Below, one piece after another: positions 7,355 through 17,520 of a DNA stretch of 40,558 nt. Position 1 is the first letter of the stretch. Each line of letters starts with the position of its first letter. The notes below the pieces were generated by a model. It was not told where the DNA came from. It was given only the letters and a program-made list of their open reading frames with translations, and searched no databases. The stretch covers positions 1 to 40,558 of the forward strand of contig JAJYWR010000004.1 in assembly GCA_021791395.1 (NCBI GenBank), written 5' to 3'. The position numbers were made by a program, and so were the translations under genes. Source of the DNA: a bacterium. Lineage in GTDB: Bacteria; Patescibacteriota; Minisyncoccia; UBA6257; GWB1-50-10.

Positions 7355-9810
7355 AGGAATTGCTCCTTATCGACGCCAATTCGCTGATCCACCGGGCATT
7401 TCATGCTCTTCCTCCGCTCACGTCGGACAGCGGCACACCCTCAGGTGCACTCTATGGACTTTCCAGCATTCTCCTGAAGACCCTCAAGGAGCAGAAACCG
7501 GACTATATCGCGGCGGCATTTGATCGCCCCGAACCGACATTCAGGAAAGAAATGTTCGACGACTACAAGGGAACGAGACCGAAAGCGCCCGACGAACTCA
7601 TATCCCAAATCATCGAAGCGAGGAAACTTTTCGAAACATTCGGGATAAGAACGTTCGAAAAGGCTGGTTTTGAGGCCGATGACATCATTGGAACCCTCGC
7701 CCGCCGGTTTGGAACACATGAAAGGCTTTCGGTCCAGATATTAACCGGCGACCTCGACACTCTTCAATTAGTGCAAGGAGAAAAAGTGGTTGTCGAGATC
7801 CTCAAAAAGGGCGTTAGCGAGACCGTCGTCTACGACGAGAGAGGCGTCCAAGAACGATATGGCCTGAAGCCGGAATTTTTAGTTGACTACAAGGGTTTGG
7901 TCGGAGACGCATCAGACAATATTCCCGGCGTAAAGGGCGTCGGACCTAAAACGGCAGAAAGACTCCTCCTGAAGTACGGCCGGCTTGAGAATATTTTTTC
8001 GGCTAAAGCAAAAGACGATCCCGCCGCCCAAAAACTTTTCCCCTTCAAGGAAACGGCGCTTCTTTCAAAGGAACTTGCCACGATAAACGACCACGTCCCG
8101 ATCACAGTGGAATTATCGAACCTTGAATTCAAATCTCTACCGACGGAAAATTTAAAAAATTACTTCCTTGCGTGGAATTTTGGAAGTCTTTCAAAGCGCT
8201 TAGGAGAAGATCCTCCTCGGGAAAAAGAGGAGCGAAGTGAAACAACGGACGGGAAAACACTAAACGCGCTTTTTCTATCTTCGGCAGAGGATATAAACGA
8301 AACGATGCTCCGAACGAAAAATTTCGAAGTGGCTTGGGAGTGGAAACCGATCGCAAAAGAACTGCTCCAAGCCGAAAGGGGCGTTCCATCCAATATTTTT
8401 GATCTCTCGATCGCTTACTGGCTTCTCCACCCCGACGCCGACAAGATTTCAAAAGAAGAAGTTATAAAAGAACTTCTCAATAAAGATCGCGCGGACGACT
8501 CAGATTGGCGGAATATTTTTGCCCTCTTAAAAGAAAAGATCAAAAAGAACAGCCTTGAAAAAATTTTTTACGAAATCGAAATGCCGACCGTGGGAGTTCT
8601 CGCAAAAATGGAGCTTGCGGGAATAAAAACGGATGCCACCTCGGCCAGAAATGTGCTCCGCGACCTCGAGGGGGAGTTGAAAAAACTTGCCGAAGAAATC
8701 TACCAAGAAGCCGGCGCTCCTTTCAATATTAATTCCCCACGCGAAGTTTCCGGGATAATTTTTGAAAAATTGGGACTCCCCCCCGCCAAAAGGAAAAGGA
8801 TTAAGTCGGGGATCTTTTCGACGTCGTCTGAAACAATGTCCCACCTTCGAGGGGTGAAAATTGTGGACCTTATTTTGAGGTACCGGGAAGCGTTCAAAAT
8901 GAAATCAACCTACCTTGAACCGATCATCCACATGACAAACTCCGACGGAAGACTCCGAACGACTTTCCTCCAAACCGGCACGGCAACCGGAAGGATCGCT
9001 TCGGAAAAGCCGAATCTCCAAAACATTCCCCAAGAATCTCTATGGTCCGAAAGAATACGAAATGTATTTGTGGCTGAAGGGGGGTGGAATCTCGTTTCCT
9101 TCGACTATTCCCAGCTTGAGCTGCGACTCTTGGCACACGTTTCACAAGATGCAAACCTCAGGGAGGCTTTTGCACACGGGCAAGACATTCACACTATGAC
9201 CGCAGCGGAAGTTTTCGGGATCCACCCGGAACTAATTACCAAAGAAGAGCGGCGGATCGGGAAAACATTGAACTTCGGCGTCGTCTACGGCATGGGTCCT
9301 CGGGCATTTAGCGCAACATCCAACATGAACCTTGCCGAAGCGGAAAAATTCATCGCAATGTATTTCGAAAAATTTCCAGCTGTTCGCATATGGCAAGAAA
9401 AGATAAAAAGATCGGTGGCCGAAAAGGGGTTTGTTGAAAATATCAACGGCCGGAAGCGATGGTTTCCGGAACCGACAAACAAAAAAATTGCTTCCGAGAA
9501 CGAGCGGGCAGCTGTCAACATGATCATCCAAAGTCTCGGTGCGGACATTTTGAAGCAAGCCATGATCGCTTCTTCAAAATTCATCAATGCATCGGAAAGG
9601 TTCCAGGGGAAAGCGAGAATGCTCCTCACTATCCACGATGAATTGCTCTTTGAAATCCACGATGATATTCTAAAAGAAACCACAGCAAGTCTCGCGGGCA
9701 TCATGGAAAATGCCGAGCATCTTTCCATCCCCCTCAAGGTTGAAACGAAAGTCGGTAAAACTTGGGGAACCTTAAAAACATACCATCATGAACCCCATAA
9801 ACTTCTTTAA
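7351..9810 (+). CDS. polA: DNA polymerase I
   Basis: 5'-3' exonuclease (LLIDANSLIHRAFHA, EADD, GDASDNIPGVKGVG) plus family A polymerase motifs (DYSQLELR, K..NFGVVYG, IHDEL). Confidence 0.97.
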   Translation: MKELLLIDANSLIHRAFHALPPLTSDSGTPSGALYGLSSILLKTLKEQKPDYIAAAFDRPEPTFRKEMFDDYKGTRPKAPDELISQIIEARKLFETFGIRTFEKAGFEADDIIGTLARRFGTHERLSVQILTGDLDTLQLVQGEKVVVEILKKGVSETVVYDERGVQERYGLKPEFLVDYKGLVGDASDNIPGVKGVGPKTAERLLLKYGRLENIFSAKAKDDPAAQKLFPFKETALLSKELATINDHVPITVELSNLEFKSLPTENLKNYFLAWNFGSLSKRLGEDPPREKEERSETTDGKTLNALFLSSAEDINETMLRTKNFEVAWEWKPIAKELLQAERGVPSNIFDLSIAYWLLHPDADKISKEEVIKELLNKDRADDSDWRNIFALLKEKIKKNSLEKIFYEIEMPTVGVLAKMELAGIKTDATSARNVLRDLEGELKKLAEEIYQEAGAPFNINSPREVSGIIFEKLGLPPAKRKRIKSGIFSTSSETMSHLRGVKIVDLILRYREAFKMKSTYLEPIIHMTNSDGRLRTTFLQTGTATGRIASEKPNLQNIPQESLWSERIRNVFVAEGGWNLVSFDYSQLELRLLAHVSQDANLREAFAHGQDIHTMTAAEVFGIHPELITKEERRIGKTLNFGVVYGMGPRAFSATSNMNLAEAEKFIAMYFEKFPAVRIWQEKIKRSVAEKGFVENINGRKRWFPEPTNKKIASENERAAVNMIIQSLGADILKQAMIASSKFINASERFQGKARMLLTIHDELLFEIHDDILKETTASLAGIMENAEHLSIPLKVETKVGKTWGTLKTYHHEPHKLL

Positions 9811-11098
9811 AGATTTGGGCTTTTACACTAAGCAGGAAGAAAATAAAAAACCACTCTTCCTCCTTGGATTGTTTGTCGTTATAGCCGTCGCGAATATTGT
9901 CTTCGTACCCGGAATCATCACCGTCGTCGAACTTTTAGCATTTCTTTTTATTTTTCTTACTCTTCTTGCTTCGTATCGGAACTTACTGCGGGCAAGCTTT
10001 CAAAACAAAGCCAAGAACCTCGAGTTGGAGTCGGTGATTGAAAATGTGAAAGATGGCGTCGTCGTCTATGACACCAACTTCCGGATCCTCGATTTAAACA
10101 AAGCGACGGAAGAAATTTTCAACATATCAAAGGAAGAGGTTTTGGGGATTCAAATGCAACCCGGGATGACGGCAAGCCCGCGCCTCAGAACTTTCGTGGA
10201 AACCATTTTCCCCTCCCTGGCCTCGGCCATCAATACTGTTTCCGATGCGGGATGGCCAAAAGTAGTCGATCTTACCTTTGAAGATCCCCACCTTGAAATC
10301 AGGACTTCCCTGAATCAAATTGCTGATCAAAGCGGCAAGGTGGTTGCCTTCCTTAAAATCATATCAAACAATACGCGGGAGAATACCATTCTTGAATCAA
10401 AAAGCGAATTTTTAACCGTTTCAGCCCACCAACTCAGAACACCCTTGACGGCCATCAATTGGACGTTTGAAAGCTTGAAATCATCCCTCTTAAAGAGCGG
10501 TGAAAAAATCGATCCAACCATCACAAATCTCGTCGATGAGGGGTGGGGCCTCGCCAAGCGATCGCTTAAAATCATCGAAGATCTCTTAAGTGCCGCAAAA
10601 ATCGAGGAGGGAAAGTTTGGATTCAATTTTGTCGAAACCGACCTCATGGAGTTCTTTAAAAACATCCGGCAATCCGCCGAGGTGGTAGCCCAAGAGTACG
10701 GCATAACCGTGAATCTCTCTGGGGGCGGAACTTACACCGTTCGCATCGATCCGGAGCGTCTCGGAATGGCCGTGATGAATATTCTCGACAACGCCATCAA
10801 ATACAATACAAAAGGAGGGAGTGTTAATATACTCGTGGAACCGGAGCCGACCGATCGAGCATTCGTCCGCTGCAGCATTTCTGACAATGGCATTGGAATA
10901 CCTAAAGAAAATTTGCCGAAGATTTTTCAAAAATTTTATCGCAGTGAAAACGCTCAGCGCGTGGAGCCGAACGGCAGCGGTCTCGGCATGTACATAACCA
11001 AAAATATTATTGAGTCACACGGCGGAGCAATCCACGTCGAGTCACAAATCGGGCGGGGAACGACATTTTGGTTCACACTTCCCATTATCCAACGGTGA
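9788..11098 (+). CDS. Membrane PAS-domain sensor histidine kinase
   Basis: Two N-terminal TM segments, PAS, H-box SAHQLRTPL, NILDNAIKY, DNGIGI, GSGLGM. Confidence 0.9.
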   Translation: MNPINFFKDLGFYTKQEENKKPLFLLGLFVVIAVANIVFVPGIITVVELLAFLFIFLTLLASYRNLLRASFQNKAKNLELESVIENVKDGVVVYDTNFRILDLNKATEEIFNISKEEVLGIQMQPGMTASPRLRTFVETIFPSLASAINTVSDAGWPKVVDLTFEDPHLEIRTSLNQIADQSGKVVAFLKIISNNTRENTILESKSEFLTVSAHQLRTPLTAINWTFESLKSSLLKSGEKIDPTITNLVDEGWGLAKRSLKIIEDLLSAAKIEEGKFGFNFVETDLMEFFKNIRQSAEVVAQEYGITVNLSGGGTYTVRIDPERLGMAVMNILDNAIKYNTKGGSVNILVEPEPTDRAFVRCSISDNGIGIPKENLPKIFQKFYRSENAQRVEPNGSGLGMYITKNIIESHGGAIHVESQIGRGTTFWFTLPIIQR

Positions 11099-11105
11099 AC
11101 GTGAT

Positions 11106-11639
11106 ATGTCCGGACACAGCCACTGGAAACAAATCAAAATAAAGAAGGCTTCAAGCGATGAAAGGCGCGGAAGAGAGTTTTCAAAGCTTCTTGCCGCGAT
11201 ATCGATCGCGGCCCGAGCGGAAGCAAACCCCGATTTTAATCCAAGGCTCCGAACCGCAGTTTTGAAAGCGAAAGAGGCACAGGTGCCCCAGGAAAACATC
11301 GACCGCGCAATACAAAAATCAAAGGATTCTTTAAATGATTTGGAGGAAATTACCCTGGAGTGCTACGGGCCCGATGGTGCTGCAATTATTATTGAAGCAG
11401 TGACATCAAGCCCGGGAAGGACCATCAACGATCTAAAACTTATATTGAAGGAAAAGGGGGGGAAGCTCGGCGAGCCCGGAAGCGTACGATGGGCATTTGA
11501 AAAAGACGAGGGGGAAAATTGGAAAGCAAAATTCACCCAAAAGATCAACGAAGCGGAACGTGAAAAAATAGAAAACCTGCTCGATTCAATTGAAAATCAC
11601 GATGACGTCCAAAGCGTCTCAACAAATGCCGAATTCTAA
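11106..11639 (+). CDS. yebC: YebC/PmpR family protein (short form)
   Basis: MSGHSHWKQIKIKK start, NPRLR, ENIDRAI, YGPDG, DDVQSVSTN; upstream of ruvC. Confidence 0.9.
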   Translation: MSGHSHWKQIKIKKASSDERRGREFSKLLAAISIAARAEANPDFNPRLRTAVLKAKEAQVPQENIDRAIQKSKDSLNDLEEITLECYGPDGAAIIIEAVTSSPGRTINDLKLILKEKGGKLGEPGSVRWAFEKDEGENWKAKFTQKINEAEREKIENLLDSIENHDDVQSVSTNAEF

Positions 11640-12108
11640 GGGGTTGGTTATTATGGGCATAGATCCGGGAAATGTCCGGGCCGGATACGGCATTATACAG
11701 AAAGAAGGGGGTACGCTTATCCACATTGCGAGCGGTATCCTTGAAATCGGCGGTTCGAGTGAGATAGGGGCACAGCTTTGTGCGCTTGAAAAGGCGCTTA
11801 GGGGGGTTATCGGGACCTATCGCCCAGCAGCCGCCGGATTGGAGCGCCTTTTCGCTTCAAATAACGCAAAAACGGTCATGGGGGTTGCTGAAGCAAGGGG
11901 TATTATTCACAAGGTTATTTTTGAAAGCGGTATTCCCCTCAGGGAGTTCACTCCGCAAACCATCAAACTTTCCGTCACGGGTAACGGCCGCGCAGACAAG
12001 AAGGCGGTTGCAAAAATGGTTGGCCTTATTTTAAAGATGGAAACCAAAAAACTCCTCGACGACACAACCGACGCTTTAGCGATCGCAATCGCGGTAGCCG
12101 GAGGGTAG
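11626..12108 (+). CDS. ruvC: Crossover junction endodeoxyribonuclease RuvC
   Basis: MGIDPG, ERLF, EARG, VTGNGRADK, DDTTDALAIAI. Confidence 0.95.
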   Translation: MPNSKGLVIMGIDPGNVRAGYGIIQKEGGTLIHIASGILEIGGSSEIGAQLCALEKALRGVIGTYRPAAAGLERLFASNNAKTVMGVAEARGIIHKVIFESGIPLREFTPQTIKLSVTGNGRADKKAVAKMVGLILKMETKKLLDDTTDALAIAIAVAGG

Positions 12109-12132
12109 TCAATCTCAAAAGGGGCTTTGGGG

Positions 12133-12160
12133 TTGACATTTCGAGGATGCCGACTATAAT
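12133..12160 (+). promoter_or_regulatory. Consensus sigma70 promoter (TTGACA-16-TATAAT) for the small acidic ORF
   Basis: TTGACA 12133-12138 and TATAAT 12155-12160. Confidence 0.75.
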
Positions 12161-12201
12161 TCCAACTCAAATAAATAAAAGGTCGCTTCATACAAGCAAT
12201 C

Positions 12202-12396
12202 ATGAAAACTGTCGAATTAAAGAAGTTAAATCCCCTGTACTTGAGTGCACTTCATAATGGGGATGAGGAGGAAGGCGTGGGCACTGAAGATCAAAATCTC
12301 GACGAAAAAGAGTTGGGGGAAAACATGGACGAGGACGGCCTCGCCGTCGACGATCTTGATAACGAGTTTATAGAAGAATCCGACGAGGAAGTTTAA
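12202..12396 (+). CDS. Small highly acidic hypothetical protein (64 aa)
   Basis: Sole ORF between a consensus promoter and a strong hairpin; 23/64 residues are D/E. Confidence 0.65.
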   Translation: MKTVELKKLNPLYLSALHNGDEEEGVGTEDQNLDEKELGENMDEDGLAVDDLDNEFIEESDEEV

Positions 12397-12410
12397 TTGG
12401 CTCTTGTAAT

Positions 12411-12443
12411 AAAGAAATTCCGGCACATTGTGCCGGAATTTTC
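12411..12443 (+). terminator. Intrinsic terminator
   Basis: AAATTCCGGCACA (12415-12427) / TGTGCCGGAATTT (12429-12441) inverted repeat. Confidence 0.75.
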
Positions 12444-12479
12444 GTTGTACCATAAGCAATCAAGAGGTACAATAAACCC

Positions 12480-14615
12480 GTGCCGCCAAGAAAGAAAATT
12501 AAAACAAAAAACAGGAGGAAACTTGTCCCCACTCTAGTATTGGCCCTCTTTTCACTCCTCGCCGTCGGAGTTGCGGCCAGCGTCATCTATGTCGCTCTTC
12601 TCATACGAACGCTTCCAACGCCCGAGCAATTCCAATTCCACCAAACCAGCCAATCGACCAAGATTTATGACCGCACGGGGAAGGTTCTGCTCTATGAAAT
12701 CCACGGAGAACAAAAAAGGACCGTCAACCCCTTCTCTGAAATACCAGCCTATCTCAAGGAAGCGACGATAGCTATTGAAGATGCAAATTTCTACACACGG
12801 CCAGCAATTGATTGGGAGGGAATTTTACGGTCTCTTTGGGCCGATATCCGGGCTGGAGCCCCCGTTCAAGGCGGATCAACCATAACTCAACAACTCGCAA
12901 AAAATATCTTCCTCTCGTCACAAAAAACAATAAGCCGGAAGGTGAAAGAAATGATCTTGGCTGTGGAATTGGAAGCAAAATATTCCAAGGACCAAATCCT
13001 CGACTTTTATCTCAATCAAATCCCTTATGGGTCTAATGCCTACGGTGTTGAAGCGGCAAGCCAAACATATTTCGGTAAACCAGCAAAAGATTTGGATCTT
13101 GCTGAATCAGCCATCATCGCAAGCCTTCCCCAGGCACCAACCTATTACTCTCCTTGGGGCGATCATGTAAGCGATCTTATAACGAGACAGCACTACGTTT
13201 TAGATCGGATGGTTCAACAGGGATACATAACACAGGTGGAAGCCGACCAGGCAAAGTCTGAAAAATTAAATTTTGTGCCGCCATCGCTTGGAACCATAAA
13301 AGCCCCTCACTTTGTTATGGCTGTTAAAGATTATTTAATTAATAAATACGGCGAGGATATGGTGTTGAACGGCGGACTGAAAGTTATTACAACACTCAAT
13401 TGGAGTATGCAACAAGCGGCCGAAAGTGCAGTGGAGACTGGGGTAGAAAGGAACACGAAGTTGTATAACAGCAAGAACGCCGCGCTTGTCGCCGAGGATC
13501 CGACGACGGGCCAAATTCTCGCGCTTGTTGGATCGGCAAACTATTTCGATCAAAGCATCGATGGAAATTTTGATATGCCGCTCCAAGGTCTTCGACAACC
13601 GGGCTCCAGTCTTAAACCATTCGTTTATCTGCAGGCGCTGGAAGACGGTTATCCGCCGAATACGGTGGTTTGGGACGTCCCGACCGAATTCGTACCCGGG
13701 AACCCCATCTGCACAGCCATCCCCGACTTTAACAATACGAATGCCGACTACAAAAAATCCTGCTTCCATCCCCAAGACTTCGAAAATTTCCAAGGTCCGG
13801 TTACCTTCGAGCAAGCCCTTCCTGAATCCATTAATGTCGCCGCGGTCAAGGTTCTTTACCTCGTTGGTCTCCAAAACGCGCTCAATAAGCTGCAAAATTT
13901 CGGAATAACAACTCTCAACAATCCGTCACGCTACGGTCTTTCATTGGTTTTAGGGGGCGGCGAAGTAAAATTAATAGACCTCCTGAAGGCATACTCTATT
14001 TTGTCCCAAGAGGGGGTTGAACATAATCAAACTATGATCCTGGAAGTCGATGACGCAAACGGCAACACCCTCGAAAAATATCAAAACCAGTCAACGCGCG
14101 TCGACATCCCAACTTATATCAGGTGGATTAACTACATCCTCTCAAACCCAACCCTCCGACAACCCCTCTTTCAAGCAAGTTTTAATAAAACAGTGTTCCC
14201 CGGCTATGACGTAGCTCTGAAAACTGGTACAACGAACGATTACCGCGATGCATGGGCCTTTGGATATACCCCAGCCCTTGCTGTCGGCGTGTGGGCAGGA
14301 AACAGCGACAATACACCAATGCAGCACAGCGGCACGAGTATTTTGGCCGCCGTGCCGATTTGGAGCGACTTCCTGAACAAGGTTTTACCAAACTATCCCC
14401 AAGAGTCATTCACGCCACCAGATCCTCTTCCGCCAAACACAAAGCCGATGTTGAATGGGCAATACATCAACAATGGATCAATCCACTCTATCCTTTATTA
14501 TGTAAACAAGAGCGATCCAGCGGGACCTGCTCCAGCAAACCCCATGAGCGATCCCCAGTTCACCGACTGGGAGGCTGGTGTCCTTGATTGGGTTTCGAAA
14601 AATATGCCCGATTAA
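12480..14615 (+). CDS. Class A penicillin-binding protein (PBP1A family, transglycosylase + transpeptidase)
   Basis: N-terminal TM; AIED, QGGSTITQQLAKN, RKVKE, YLNQIPYG; SxxK (GSSLK), SxN (SIN), KTGTT. Confidence 0.95.
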   Translation: MPPRKKIKTKNRRKLVPTLVLALFSLLAVGVAASVIYVALLIRTLPTPEQFQFHQTSQSTKIYDRTGKVLLYEIHGEQKRTVNPFSEIPAYLKEATIAIEDANFYTRPAIDWEGILRSLWADIRAGAPVQGGSTITQQLAKNIFLSSQKTISRKVKEMILAVELEAKYSKDQILDFYLNQIPYGSNAYGVEAASQTYFGKPAKDLDLAESAIIASLPQAPTYYSPWGDHVSDLITRQHYVLDRMVQQGYITQVEADQAKSEKLNFVPPSLGTIKAPHFVMAVKDYLINKYGEDMVLNGGLKVITTLNWSMQQAAESAVETGVERNTKLYNSKNAALVAEDPTTGQILALVGSANYFDQSIDGNFDMPLQGLRQPGSSLKPFVYLQALEDGYPPNTVVWDVPTEFVPGNPICTAIPDFNNTNADYKKSCFHPQDFENFQGPVTFEQALPESINVAAVKVLYLVGLQNALNKLQNFGITTLNNPSRYGLSLVLGGGEVKLIDLLKAYSILSQEGVEHNQTMILEVDDANGNTLEKYQNQSTRVDIPTYIRWINYILSNPTLRQPLFQASFNKTVFPGYDVALKTGTTNDYRDAWAFGYTPALAVGVWAGNSDNTPMQHSGTSILAAVPIWSDFLNKVLPNYPQESFTPPDPLPPNTKPMLNGQYINNGSIHSILYYVNKSDPAGPAPANPMSDPQFTDWEAGVLDWVSKNMPD

Positions 14616-14627
14616 GGGTTCGATAAA

Positions 14628-15731
14628 TCACCCCTTAATCGGCATCACGATATAGACCATTTGGGGCTCTCTGGGGCTCGTTATTGCGGCCGGCTTATCT
14701 AAAGAGACCCGGAAGTCAATCTCATCACCCCGATACATTTTCAAGCCATCTAACAAGTACCGCCAATTAAAAACTACGGCGAAGTCGTCGCCTTTTACCT
14801 TTGCGGGTATTTTATAAACATTTTTACCAAGCGTTGCATCGGAAGCGGAAATTTCCAAAAATTTTCCATTCTCTCCGGTTTTTAAACTGACGTCGTTTGC
14901 CTTTCCGGAAAACGCGCTGACCAATTTCAAAGAATTCAAAAACTCATTCTTATCCAAAGAGACGGTTGTTTTAAAATCCTTCGGAATGACGGACTTATAG
15001 TCGGGGAATGAACCATCGATGATCCGGGAAATTATTTTTTCATTCTCACTTTCAAAAAGTATTTGATTCGAGTCGGTAAAAACAGACAAGTCCTCAACTC
15101 CATTGAACATTCGAACCGCCTCTTGAACGGTTCGAAGCGGAATAATAAGGGAAAAATCTTCCATTGTTGAAGAGAAATCATTCTCCCCAACCATAATCTC
15201 TGATAGGCGGAACCCATCAGTCCCCACAAAAGACAATACCCCATTCAATTGACTTAAGTAAACGCCGCTTATCTCCGGTCGTATAGCTGAATACTGAACG
15301 GATAATGAAATATTTCGCAAAATATCCCTCAGGCGCTCCGCCTTCACTTTTAAAAATCGACTCACATCGGCGATACGCGGTATGATGGGGAATTCCTTCG
15401 GGTCTTCGTCTTGAATAACACTCTCATAATTATCGGAACTCACCATGATTTTGTCTTTTTCGCGCTCAATGGTTATTCGTTCAGTTCCGAGATTTCGAAT
15501 AATGGAATTGAAAATTGAAAACGGAATAGTCGCCTCACCCTCCTCGATCACCTTCCCGGCGGTTTTACGCTCCACCGCTATTTCTAAATTAGTGGAAATA
15601 AATTCTACCCCTCCCCCGGAAGCTCGCATGAGGAAGTTTTTTAATATTGGAAGATTTACATTTTCACCAATGGCTCGCTCAACACTCCCCAGTGCTTCTA
15701 ATAGGTTAGTTCTTAGTATAATTAATTTCAT
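14628..15731 (-). CDS. dnaN: DNA polymerase III beta sliding clamp
   Basis: NLPILKN, STNLE, GTDGFRL, GSFPDYKSVIP, FNWRYLLD, YIVMPIK; downstream of dnaA. Confidence 0.97.
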   Translation of the reverse strand: MKLIILRTNLLEALGSVERAIGENVNLPILKNFLMRASGGGVEFISTNLEIAVERKTAGKVIEEGEATIPFSIFNSIIRNLGTERITIEREKDKIMVSSDNYESVIQDEDPKEFPIIPRIADVSRFLKVKAERLRDILRNISLSVQYSAIRPEISGVYLSQLNGVLSFVGTDGFRLSEIMVGENDFSSTMEDFSLIIPLRTVQEAVRMFNGVEDLSVFTDSNQILFESENEKIISRIIDGSFPDYKSVIPKDFKTTVSLDKNEFLNSLKLVSAFSGKANDVSLKTGENGKFLEISASDATLGKNVYKIPAKVKGDDFAVVFNWRYLLDGLKMYRGDEIDFRVSLDKPAAITSPREPQMVYIVMPIKG

Positions 15732-15905
15732 AGTAGTAGTAGTCGGCGGTGTGGATATGTGGATAAATTAGTTTTTTGTTTCTATGGGTGCGTTTTTTCT
15801 TCCTTTGTTTTTGGGTTGGGTGTTGATGAAATTGGTTTTTATGGGGAATGTTTTTGGGGGTAATTTGTTTTTAGTTCATTTTTTCAACAACCATCCACAG
15901 TTATT
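15731..15905 (-). other. oriC: Chromosomal replication origin oriC (DnaA boxes, GC-rich spacer, DnaA-trios)
   Basis: TTATCCACA (15758-15766 rc), ATATCCACA (15750-15758 rc), CGGCGG 15744-15749 and (TAG)4 15731-15742; further degenerate boxes (TTTTCAACA ~15881, CCATCCACA ~15891); lies in the dnaA-dnaN intergenic region. Confidence 0.85.
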
Positions 15906-17273
15906 CTACACCTTATACAACCTTTCTTTAATGAGCATTATTTTTTGATTCAAGGATGGATTGCGGGTTGCTTCCTGGCTTATTTTTTCGCAAGCATGGA
16001 TGGCGGTTGTGTGATCCCGCTTTCCTAGTTTTTCCCCAATGTGAGGAAAAGAAAGTTTAAGAACGTCGCGCATAAGGAACATGGCAATTTGTCTCGGCTC
16101 AACAATCTCTTGTTTCCTGCTTTTATTAGTCATATCAGCCATCGGCACCTCAAAAAATTCTGCAACAATCCGTATGATATCGCCGGCGGTTATGTTTTTG
16201 GGCGTTATTTGAATAGCCTCACCTATGATTTCATCGAGTTTTTTACTGTCTATTTTTTGATTTTTATACTGCTCATAAAAAACAACCTTATTAAAAACCC
16301 CCTCCAATTCCCGCATGTTTCTTTGCACCTTTGAGGCTATCTGTTCAAGTATGGAATCTTCTATAAAAATGGATTGATTTTGTGCCTTTGTTTTTAAAAT
16401 TGCGAGTCTCATTTCGTAGTCTGGGTAGGTGATATCCGCTATCATCCCCCCCTCAAATCTCGATCGGAGCCGCTCCTCGAGTGTTGGGATAGCTGTTGGC
16501 GGCCTATCAGAAGAAATGATGATTTGTTTATTGTTTTCGTAGAGTGTATTGAAGGTGTAAAAAAACTCCTGCTCGGTCGCCGCCTTTCCGCCGATGAATT
16601 GAATGTCGTCGATAATAAGAACGTCGATGTCTCGGTACTTTTTCTTCATGTCGTCCGTCCGTTTATTTCGAAGGGCCCACACCACATCGTTGATGAATTT
16701 TTCCGACGAGATATAAAGAACAGAAACCGAACCCTTATAATGGTTGATGATCTCGTTCCCGGTCGCCTGAAGAAGGTGGGTTTTGCCGAGGCCCACGCCG
16801 CCGTATATAAAGAGTGGGTTGTATTTTTTCCCAATGTTTTTAATGATGGCTTGGGCTGCAGCGGTTGCAAGTTCGTTCGATGATCCAACGATGTAATTTT
16901 TAAGGCTGTATTTGGGGTTGAGATTTGTTTTGGGGTCAACTTTTACATCAATAAGGGAAGATTGTGGCGTGCCGCGTTCTGGTGTTGGGGTGATTTTTTT
17001 GTCGTCGATCCCCACGTGAGAAGAATTGATGACGACATAATCGATATTTTTTATTGATCCGTCGAGATTGCGGATGGAGGTTAGGATGAGTTTATGATAT
17101 CTACTCTTCACCCACTCTTTGGCAAAATTATTAGGGAGGCCAACCATAACAACGCCTTCCTTTTTATTCAAGCCGACAAGTTGGCTGTTTTTCAACCACG
17201 TCAAGAAATTCGGTTTTGATATTTGGAGTTCAATATCTCCTAAAACGTTTTTCCAGATTTCTTGCTCTTCCAT
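15906..17273 (-). CDS. dnaA: Chromosomal replication initiator DnaA
   Basis: YNPLFIYGGVGLGKTHLL, LIIDDIQF, RLRSRFEGG, RELEG, RDHTTAIHA. Confidence 0.98.
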   Translation of the reverse strand: MEEQEIWKNVLGDIELQISKPNFLTWLKNSQLVGLNKKEGVVMVGLPNNFAKEWVKSRYHKLILTSIRNLDGSIKNIDYVVINSSHVGIDDKKITPTPERGTPQSSLIDVKVDPKTNLNPKYSLKNYIVGSSNELATAAAQAIIKNIGKKYNPLFIYGGVGLGKTHLLQATGNEIINHYKGSVSVLYISSEKFINDVVWALRNKRTDDMKKKYRDIDVLIIDDIQFIGGKAATEQEFFYTFNTLYENNKQIIISSDRPPTAIPTLEERLRSRFEGGMIADITYPDYEMRLAILKTKAQNQSIFIEDSILEQIASKVQRNMRELEGVFNKVVFYEQYKNQKIDSKKLDEIIGEAIQITPKNITAGDIIRIVAEFFEVPMADMTNKSRKQEIVEPRQIAMFLMRDVLKLSFPHIGEKLGKRDHTTAIHACEKISQEATRNPSLNQKIMLIKERLYKV

Positions 17274-17390
17274 AAGTTTTTATTATGATAGAGGTATTTT
17301 AGAAAGTTGCAACATTGCTTTTAGGAACCCCCTGTGCTTTAATTGTGAATTAGTTGTTGAAAACCCAGTTGTGTTGTATACTAAAACGCG

Positions 17391-17519
17391 ATGTCGAGAA
17401 CATACCAGCCAAAAAAGAAAAAAAGGAGGCGAACGCACGGATTTCTCAAGAGGTCAAGGAGCAATAAGAGAGTCCTTATTAAGCGGAGGAGAAAGGGAAG
17501 AAAGCGACTCTCGGTATAA
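17391..17519 (+). CDS. rpmH: 50S ribosomal protein L34
   Basis: Not in the ORF track; manual translation [42 protein letters not shown]; divergent from dnaA. Confidence 0.95.
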   Translation: MSRTYQPKKKKRRRTHGFLKRSRSNKRVLIKRRRKGRKRLSV

Positions 17520-17520
17520 C

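Noticed and set aside
17119-17520. N-terminal extension of the 215-aa ORF containing rnpA
   Set aside because: Overlaps dnaA antisense and rpmH in another frame; rnpA most plausibly starts at GTG 17521
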